A stretch of DNA of 64,000 nt, from positions 1,980 to 65,979 of the forward strand of contig JAHDDT010000002.1 of assembly GCA_020629195.1 (NCBI GenBank), read 5' to 3'. Position 1 is the first letter of the stretch. Every line of letters begins with the position of its first letter. The translations under genes were made by a program, and so were the position numbers. Shown piece after piece: positions 57,786 to 64,000 of this stretch. This stretch comes from Hellea sp. Its GTDB lineage: Bacteria > Pseudomonadota > Alphaproteobacteria > Caulobacterales > Maricaulaceae. The notes beneath the pieces were generated by a model that saw only the letters and a program-made list of their open reading frames with translations, was not told where the DNA came from and did no database searches.

Positions 57786-57908
57786 AAGAGTTCCCGTTCT
57801 GACTTCAGTAATTTTTTGCGACCATAGGGGAGGGCTTTGCTTGCGCCAAGGCCAAATATGGGTGCCGGGGTAAATGAAGAACGGCATAGAAGAGGCCGCC
57901 AAAAGCTC

Positions 57909-57937
57909 TTGACCTATGTCTCCCAGCCCCCTATAGG
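57909..57937 (+). promoter_or_regulatory. Sigma70-type promoter of the L36 gene
   Basis: TTGACC-N17-TATAGG. Confidence 0.7.
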
Positions 57938-57973
57938 CCGCCTTCGAAATTCAATTATGATAAGGCCAAGACG

Positions 57974-58099
57974 ATGAAAGTCCGTAGCTCTTTGAAATCT
58001 CTAAAGAACCGTCACCGTGACTGCCAAATTGTGCGTCGTAAGGGGCGTCTTTATGTGATTAACAAAACTGACCCGCGTTTTAAGGCGCGCCAAGGTTAA
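57974..58099 (+). CDS. rpmJ: 50S ribosomal protein L36, type B (absent from ORF track)
   Basis: [41 protein letters not shown]. Confidence 0.97.
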   Translation: MKVRSSLKSLKNRHRDCQIVRRKGRLYVINKTDPRFKARQG

Positions 58100-58173
58100 T
58101 TCTTAGACAGCCGCGGTTTTTCGCGGTTTTACAATGACAATGCCTCTTGCCCGATAAGGTTGGAGGCATCATT

Positions 58174-58884
58174 ATGTTTGGGATTATGAAGTTTATTCCT
58201 TTCACTCTTGCCGTGATATTCGCTTGTTCTGGCCAAGTCTTTGCTCAAGATAGTTCACCACCTATCGAGATTAAGCCGCCGGTTCCCATTGAAACGCCAG
58301 ATATTGCACCTGAAGTAATCCCCGAGACCATTATCGATTCTGAAGATGACCTCACTTCGGTTGAAAAGCCTGATTATTCTGATCTTACTGAAGAGGCCGA
58401 GCGCATCGCACGGCTTGATGAGCTTTTCATACGTCTTCAATCGAAAACTAATGCCGAAGATGCGAATTTAGTGGCAGAAGAAATTTGGGCCATCTGGCTT
58501 GATAGCGGTTCTGATACGGTCAATTTTATTTTACGGCGCGGCACAGCGGCGCAGAAACGTAATGATGTTAAATTGGCGAGGCGTATGTTTGACCATGTGA
58601 CAACCTTAAATCCAGATTATGCGGAAGGGTGGGCCAGATCATCTCGTTTGGCACTTGAGGAAAAAGATTTAAGCCGTGCTTTGACTGAGGCCGCTCAAGC
58701 CCTAATTTACGAGCCACGCCATTTTTATGCGCTCTGGACAATGGGAAACGTCTTCGAGCAGCTTGGCCGTCAGGACGAAGCTCTGGAAGCTTACCGTGAG
58801 GCCAATAAATTATATCCTGAGCTAAAGGCCGTCAAAGACCGGGTCAATACCTTGCAAAATAATATTGATGGGGACGTCCTTTAA
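58174..58884 (+). CDS. Exported TPR protein
   Basis: GGAGG RBS; signal peptide; IWAIWLDSGS, PDYAEGW, EPRHFYAL. Confidence 0.88.
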   Translation: MFGIMKFIPFTLAVIFACSGQVFAQDSSPPIEIKPPVPIETPDIAPEVIPETIIDSEDDLTSVEKPDYSDLTEEAERIARLDELFIRLQSKTNAEDANLVAEEIWAIWLDSGSDTVNFILRRGTAAQKRNDVKLARRMFDHVTTLNPDYAEGWARSSRLALEEKDLSRALTEAAQALIYEPRHFYALWTMGNVFEQLGRQDEALEAYREANKLYPELKAVKDRVNTLQNNIDGDVL

Positions 58885-59825
58885 GGAGATACCTTTTTGG
58901 CCAAGCTTTCGAGGTTCTCGTCCAGCACATGTGCTGTATTGACGACCAGTTTCAGCGAACTCTTATAAAACGGGATTGGAATTGTCGAAAACTCATCTGT
59001 GTGCTGATGATAATGAGGGTGATCTTCAACTCCAAAATAAAGAAACGGCACACCCGCGCGATGAAAAACGCCATGATCAGATTGCAGTGTCCAATCATTA
59101 GCCCCGTCTTCAGGCCGATCATGCCCGAATAACACTTTAATATCGACGCCTTTGGCGGCCTTTGTCACGAATGATTTCAAGGCTGGAGTATGATATGAGC
59201 CGCTTGCGTAGATTTCGCCCACTTGGCTCTGGCTTATCATGTCGAGGTTCAAATTAAAGATCGGCCTGTCACCAAAACTGGACATTTCAACATAATGCCT
59301 AGCGCCTTGAAGACCCATCTCTTCGGCGTCGAGCCAGATAAAAAGCACATCATGTTTTGGGGCATTATCCGCAAAACTTTGCGCGATCGCAAAGAGCGCG
59401 GCTGAGCCAGAAGCATTATCATCTGCGCCATTATAAATTTTACCATCCCGCTCTCCTAGATGGTCGTAATGTGCAGTAATCACGAAAAGAGGCCCAGCGT
59501 CATTATCATCCATATCGATCAGTCCGTGTAGGTTCACGGCATCATAAATAGGGCTATCTGGCGGAATTACGCCGTCACGATTTGGGCGCGGTTTTGTTTT
59601 AAAGGTGGTTTCATATGTTGCGTTAAAGACACCGAGCTTGGACATTTCGTTTTTGAGAAAGATCTGCGCCTTGATATTTCCATCTGATCCTGTGCGGCGG
59701 CCTTTCATATCATCCGCAGATAGTGCTTCCATAATGCGAATGGTGTTCGGCGCATCAAAAACAGGCGAAGGCGCGTTTGAGCAAGCTGCTAAAATTAACG
59801 GTAAGAAAAAGGATATGTTTCTCAT
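58881..59825 (-). CDS. M28-family metallopeptidase lipoprotein
   Basis: Lipobox LAAC; AHYDH, GADDNASG, AEEMGL, NLDM, SDH, HYH. Confidence 0.93.
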   Translation of the reverse strand: MRNISFFLPLILAACSNAPSPVFDAPNTIRIMEALSADDMKGRRTGSDGNIKAQIFLKNEMSKLGVFNATYETTFKTKPRPNRDGVIPPDSPIYDAVNLHGLIDMDDNDAGPLFVITAHYDHLGERDGKIYNGADDNASGSAALFAIAQSFADNAPKHDVLFIWLDAEEMGLQGARHYVEMSSFGDRPIFNLNLDMISQSQVGEIYASGSYHTPALKSFVTKAAKGVDIKVLFGHDRPEDGANDWTLQSDHGVFHRAGVPFLYFGVEDHPHYHQHTDEFSTIPIPFYKSSLKLVVNTAHVLDENLESLAKKVSP

Positions 59826-59834
59826 AGCAGTGCT

Positions 59835-61001
59835 TTATTGTTCAGGCAGATTTTGTGCAAAATAGCGTTTTACATTTTCGCCCATAACTTTGCGAATCTG
59901 TTGTTCACCCATGCCTTGGACCATAAGTTCATGTGTGATAGCGGCGAGCTCAGATGTGTCTAAGGCTGTTTCAACCGTGCCGTCATAATCAGAGCCAAGA
60001 GCGACGGAGTTTTCGCCGAGTAGGTCAACCGCATGGATGATCTCTTTGGCAATGCCTTTAGGCGAAATATCGCAAATAGCACCGCCAAAATAGCCAATAC
60101 CTAAAATACCGCCACGTTCCGCAATTTGCAGAAGGATATCATCCGGGAGGTTACGATTGGCTGTTTTTGGACAGCCACTAATGGTGCCGCCATGCGAAAT
60201 GAAGAGAGGGGCTTCCACTGTCGCCAAAACATCACGTACGGTTTGGCGAGAACTATGGGCCACATCGATCATAATATTGCGGCGTTCCATTTCAAGAACA
60301 GCCTTGCGCCCAAATTCTGATAGACCCGCTTGAGAACGTCCATGCATGGAACCGCCTAATTCATTATCGAAAAAATGCTGTAAGCCCATAGCGCGATATC
60401 CCTCATCATAGAGACGAGCAATATTTTCTATCTTGCCTTCTAGCGGATGAGACCCTTCCGTGAGAAGCAAAGCGATGAGCGTGCCGTCGGGCTGATTAAG
60501 GTCAGATTTTTTTCGCGCGATGACGAGATTATTTTTGCTGCGCTCTTCTATTTTTTGAAGGCGCTGAGCTTGGAAAGCGGCACGTTCATAGATGGAGCCC
60601 CAGCTGCGTAATGGCCAAAGCTGTAATTTGGCTAACATTGTTATATCATCAGGTGCATCTGCATCATTACCGTCAAAATTCAGTCCCCGGGGAGATTTTG
60701 TGACTGCGCTAAATACTTGAATATCAACGCCGCCTTCGCGTAAGCGCGGCAAGTCTACATGGCCCCTGTCCCATCTCTTTTCAGGGTTGCGCCGCCATAA
60801 AAGGCTGTCACTATGTAAGTCAGCTACGAGGAGGGTTGCGTGAAGCGCTTTAGCCCTTTCAGAGACAGGATAAGGTTCGTGGGGTGTAACCGGGTTCATT
60901 TTTGCATCAGTTTGCGGCACGGCAATTCCGAAGACGTAAATAACTGCGGCAATTAACAAAACAAGGAAAAGGCCAAGGCCCCATTTAAGCGCTTTTTTCA
61001 T
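59835..61001 (-). CDS. Membrane dipeptidase (M19)
   Basis: DLHSD, HVDLPRL, EG, DVAHSS, SHGG, GSDYDG. Confidence 0.93.
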   Translation of the reverse strand: MKKALKWGLGLFLVLLIAAVIYVFGIAVPQTDAKMNPVTPHEPYPVSERAKALHATLLVADLHSDSLLWRRNPEKRWDRGHVDLPRLREGGVDIQVFSAVTKSPRGLNFDGNDADAPDDITMLAKLQLWPLRSWGSIYERAAFQAQRLQKIEERSKNNLVIARKKSDLNQPDGTLIALLLTEGSHPLEGKIENIARLYDEGYRAMGLQHFFDNELGGSMHGRSQAGLSEFGRKAVLEMERRNIMIDVAHSSRQTVRDVLATVEAPLFISHGGTISGCPKTANRNLPDDILLQIAERGGILGIGYFGGAICDISPKGIAKEIIHAVDLLGENSVALGSDYDGTVETALDTSELAAITHELMVQGMGEQQIRKVMGENVKRYFAQNLPEQ

Positions 61002-61048
61002 GAACTTACTTTTGCGAAGTAATAGGTCTGGGTCAAGTCATGACGAAC

Positions 61049-61741
61049 CTAGCTATTTTGGCCAAGCCATGCTGTCAAATCTTCTGTGATGTAATCCACC
61101 CAATCGGCTTTGGTTGTGTAGCCCGCCGGGCGCGTGATTTCAGGTTCATCGCCCCAATCTTCGTTCGAAGTCACGAGAACTGTTGACATGCCCATATGTT
61201 TTGGGACTTCAAGGTTTCTTACGCTATCTTCAAAGAAGATCGCCGTTTGGGGGTCAATGTCAAAGACATCACAAAACTTTATATAGGGGCTGCGTTTGGG
61301 TTTCGGGACATAATCCACATCTTCAATGCCAAAACTTCCATCAAATAAATCATACAGGTTTAAATGCCCTGCTACATTTTTAGCATGCCCTTTGGAGCCG
61401 TTCGTAAAGATGAATTTTCGTCCCGGTAATGCTTCGATATATTTCCGTAATTTGGGATCCGGTTCTAGCATATGCAGATCAACATCATGGACATAATCCA
61501 GAAATTCCGCGGGATCCATACCATGAACGGCCATCATACCTGAGAGCGATGTGCCATATTCCGCTAGAAATTCTTTTTGCAAGAGACGAGCTTTATTGGG
61601 CTGGAGTGCAAGATAACGGCTAATGAAAGCTGTAATTTTTTTGTCAATTTGAGAAAAAAACTCAGCATCGGCACGATAGAGCGTGTTGTCGAGGTCAAAT
61701 ATCCAATTCTTTATGTGAGACAGATCAGAATTACGGGTCAT
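61049..61741 (-). CDS. Pyrimidine 5'-nucleotidase (HAD family)
   Basis: WIFDLDNTLY, FTNG, PKP, FEDSVRNL. Confidence 0.93.
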   Translation of the reverse strand: MTRNSDLSHIKNWIFDLDNTLYRADAEFFSQIDKKITAFISRYLALQPNKARLLQKEFLAEYGTSLSGMMAVHGMDPAEFLDYVHDVDLHMLEPDPKLRKYIEALPGRKFIFTNGSKGHAKNVAGHLNLYDLFDGSFGIEDVDYVPKPKRSPYIKFCDVFDIDPQTAIFFEDSVRNLEVPKHMGMSTVLVTSNEDWGDEPEITRPAGYTTKADWVDYITEDLTAWLGQNS

Positions 61742-61742
61742 A

Positions 61743-62804
61743 TTATTGACGCAAACCTACAGCATTTGGCACGGCGAAATCTTGGTCTGTCAGCGTAACG
61801 CGAATGCCATCCGTGTCCGTTGGCAGGGGCCGGAAATTTGCAACAGCATAACCTGCTTCGGCGCAATAGTCGCGGCCGAGAGCTGAAAATTTTGCTTCGG
61901 CGACACAAAACTGTGCGGGCGTCGCCGCGACGGAACGCAGACGTTTATCTGGCCCAGCTTCTTGCCCGTCTTCAGTCGTGATAATATTTTCAGCCAAGGC
62001 ATAATAATGTGCGTCAGTACCCTGAAGGGTTTTTGTAAGGGGTCGCAAGCACTCGCCCTGTGCAATTGTCCACCATCCACGTGACTTCCAATCCCCGTCA
62101 TCTCGCGTGGCGACGGCAGTCCATATTTTCCCAGAGCTATTATTACAGACCTCTAGTCCGATTTCATCTTGCCTAGCTTTTGCCGTCTTTGCCATCGCAT
62201 CAATCAGAGCATTATCACCAATGTTTTTGTCGAGTTCATTGTCTTTCTTAAAAGTAGCAATTGTTCTCAGAGTTCGCCGTCCCGACATGCCATCAATACG
62301 GGTTATTTTATAGCCACTATCTTTGAGTAAGCGTTGCATCCCTGCTGTCGCGGCATTTTTCTTAAAGTTATCGGGTTCGATAAATGTTGTCTGCGAGTCA
62401 GACGGGTCCACGGCCAGATATTTTTGTGTCTGGAGGTTTTGCAACTGGCAGCTTTTACTGGCATCAGCCGTAAAGTCTTTTTTTGAAATGCAAAGCGGCA
62501 CATTTCCGGCCCATTCACGGATGCCGCCTTGATGGACAGGATCGCTTTCTGCAAAGACGTAGCGAGGCGAATTTAATGGAACTGATTGGCTTATGCATTC
62601 GCCAGGGCGAGTTTTTTTCCAACCCTGAGGGCTTATTTTGCCGCCTCGCATATAGGCTGTAGCTAAGCGGAGGATATAGCTCGTTTCATTGCAGATTTCC
62701 CAATTAGATGCCTCTGCTGCCGAATTAGAACGCAGCTGGGTTTCTTGTGCCGATGCACTGACAGGCAGCGTCAAGGCAGCGGCTATAAGCAGGGCTGTTC
62801 TCAT
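61743..62804 (-). CDS. DUF1036-domain exported protein with central peptidoglycan-binding-like segment
   Basis: Two CN..S...GW....GEC repeats flanking QRLL..GY....IDG..G.RT. Confidence 0.8.
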   Translation of the reverse strand: MRTALLIAAALTLPVSASAQETQLRSNSAAEASNWEICNETSYILRLATAYMRGGKISPQGWKKTRPGECISQSVPLNSPRYVFAESDPVHQGGIREWAGNVPLCISKKDFTADASKSCQLQNLQTQKYLAVDPSDSQTTFIEPDNFKKNAATAGMQRLLKDSGYKITRIDGMSGRRTLRTIATFKKDNELDKNIGDNALIDAMAKTAKARQDEIGLEVCNNSSGKIWTAVATRDDGDWKSRGWWTIAQGECLRPLTKTLQGTDAHYYALAENIITTEDGQEAGPDKRLRSVAATPAQFCVAEAKFSALGRDYCAEAGYAVANFRPLPTDTDGIRVTLTDQDFAVPNAVGLRQ

Positions 62805-63664
62805 CCGATAAGAGTTCCTGCGCCTTGATCAGTGAAGAGCTCAACGAGCAAGCCATGTGCGCGGCGGCCATCCAGAATGACAACGGCGTCAACACCCGCT
62901 TCGACAGCTTCTATTGCCGTTGTTAGCTTTGGTATCATTCCGCCTTGGGCCGTGCCGTCATCAATCAGTCCTTTTGCATCATCCGTTGATAGATTCGTTA
63001 GTAGGTTCTTATCTTTATCCATTACGCCTTCAATATCAGTCAAAAGCATAAGCCTTGAGGCTTTAAGCGCGCCCGCTAATACGCCTGCCGCTGTATCTGC
63101 ATTCACATTAAAGGACGCACCGTCCACGCCTCCACTAATTGGCGATACAACTGGAATAAAACCAGGATCCGCTGCAGCCAAAACATCAAGAACAGATGTA
63201 TCTGTAGATTCAGGAATACCTGTGAAGCCCAACTTTTTGTCTTTAGCTTTAGCGGTGATCAAATTGGCATCCCGCCCTGAAAGGCCAACAGCACGCCCAC
63301 CTGCCTCATTAATCGCTTGGACGATCGATTTGTTGATTGCGCCTGAAAGGACCATTTCGGCGACGCCGACAGTTTCCATGTCAGATACACGTAGCCCATC
63401 GACAAATTCAGATTTAATATTGAGTTTTTGGAGCATGGAGCCAATTTGAGGTCCTCCGCCATGCACAATGACAGGACGTATGCCAAATTGCTTTAAGAGA
63501 ACAACATCTCTTGCAAATTGCGTTGTCAGTTCAGGGTTCCCCATGGCGTGACCGCCAAATTTAATCACAATGGTTTGCCCGTCATAGCGCTGAATGAAGG
63601 GTAGGGCTTCAGAGAGTGTTTGTGCGCTGGTCCAACCTGTTTCGTTTTTACGCCGTTTAAGCAT
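62801..63664 (-). CDS. argB: Acetylglutamate kinase
   Basis: [37 protein letters not shown]. Confidence 0.97.
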   Translation of the reverse strand: MLKRRKNETGWTSAQTLSEALPFIQRYDGQTIVIKFGGHAMGNPELTTQFARDVVLLKQFGIRPVIVHGGGPQIGSMLQKLNIKSEFVDGLRVSDMETVGVAEMVLSGAINKSIVQAINEAGGRAVGLSGRDANLITAKAKDKKLGFTGIPESTDTSVLDVLAAADPGFIPVVSPISGGVDGASFNVNADTAAGVLAGALKASRLMLLTDIEGVMDKDKNLLTNLSTDDAKGLIDDGTAQGGMIPKLTTAIEAVEAGVDAVVILDGRRAHGLLVELFTDQGAGTLIG

Positions 63665-63763
63665 GAGATGTCCGTATTATGTTTTGCATCTTATAAGAAA
63701 TAATCTGCCAAAGATAAGTTAAATTGTCATAGTAAAAGCGTGCTTATATTCTGGCGATTACTC

Positions 63764-64000
63764 TTACTGTATAGCGAGTGTTGCGATTTCGGCGCGCAAC
63801 TCATCAAGACCACGCTTTTTCTCTGATGATGTACAGATAATTTGCGGGAAAGCGGCAGGTCGCCTTGCGATAACTTTGAGCGTTTTGCCAAATACCTTTT
63901 CAAGCTCACCTTTTTTTAGTTTATCAACTTTTGTCATGACAATCTGGTAGGTCACGGCTGTTTCGTCGAGCATCCCCATCAGTTCTAGGTCGCTGTCCTT
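63764..64000 (-). CDS. engB: Ribosome biogenesis GTPase YihA/EngB, C-terminal part, truncated by window end
   Basis: G4 motif TKVDK, TSSEKKRGLDELR; upstream of argB. Confidence 0.9.
   Translation of the reverse strand, partial: KDSDLELMGMLDETAVTYQIVMTKVDKLKKGELEKVFGKTLKVIARRPAAFPQIICTSSEKKRGLDELRAEIATLAIQ

Noticed and set aside
57786-57973. Glycine riboswitch upstream of the AGCS transporter
   Set aside because: No recognisable aptamer motifs; the gap is short and holds the divergent L36 promoter
57974-58099. Zinc-free L36 as a zinc-starvation paralogue
   Set aside because: Type-B L36 is the normal form in Alphaproteobacteria; no L31 paralogue or Zur box seen
62832-63449. Long antisense ORFs (also 30915-31418, 11739-12185, 57475-57873 and others)
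   Set aside because: Shadows of well-conserved genes; no RBS or recognisable domains
1-64000. CRISPR array, integrase, transposase, prophage, rRNA
   Set aside because: No repeat-spacer periodicity or recognisable mobile-element genes; intergenic gaps are all under about 300 bp

Overview
Chromosomal core region of an alphaproteobacterium. Gene content (Cpa/Tad pilus cluster, CtrA-like boxes, type-B L36, DUF1036-argB) and moderate GC suggest a marine Caulobacterales/Maricaulales relative; this assignment is an inference. The window holds coq9, NrdR-boxed nrdB, a Cpa/Tad pilus locus (3.2-15.7 kb), an M17-MarR-NlpC/P60-cycM-pheA-nudC block, SRP RNA, an Lrp-bkd (BCKDH) locus, tRNA-Met, an HNH/PPIase operon, a TonB receptor-aldehyde dehydrogenase-GMC module, a DUF2793 gene, rlmN, L36, argB and partial engB. 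I found no CRISPR array, integrase, transposase, prophage or rRNA. The strongest novelty candidate is a single-ORF fusion of diacylglycerol kinase (DgkA) to phosphoglycerol transferase I (OpgB/MdoB), with catalytic motifs retained and a coherent predicted topology. Other candidates are an RBS-sequestering structured leader on the pterin dehydratase gene, absence of kdsB from its usual cycM-pheA slot, a two-lipoyl-domain BCKDH E2, an unannotated 57-aa membrane protein, and an orphan GTA-fibre-like DUF2793 gene. All family calls come from motif recognition, not database searches.
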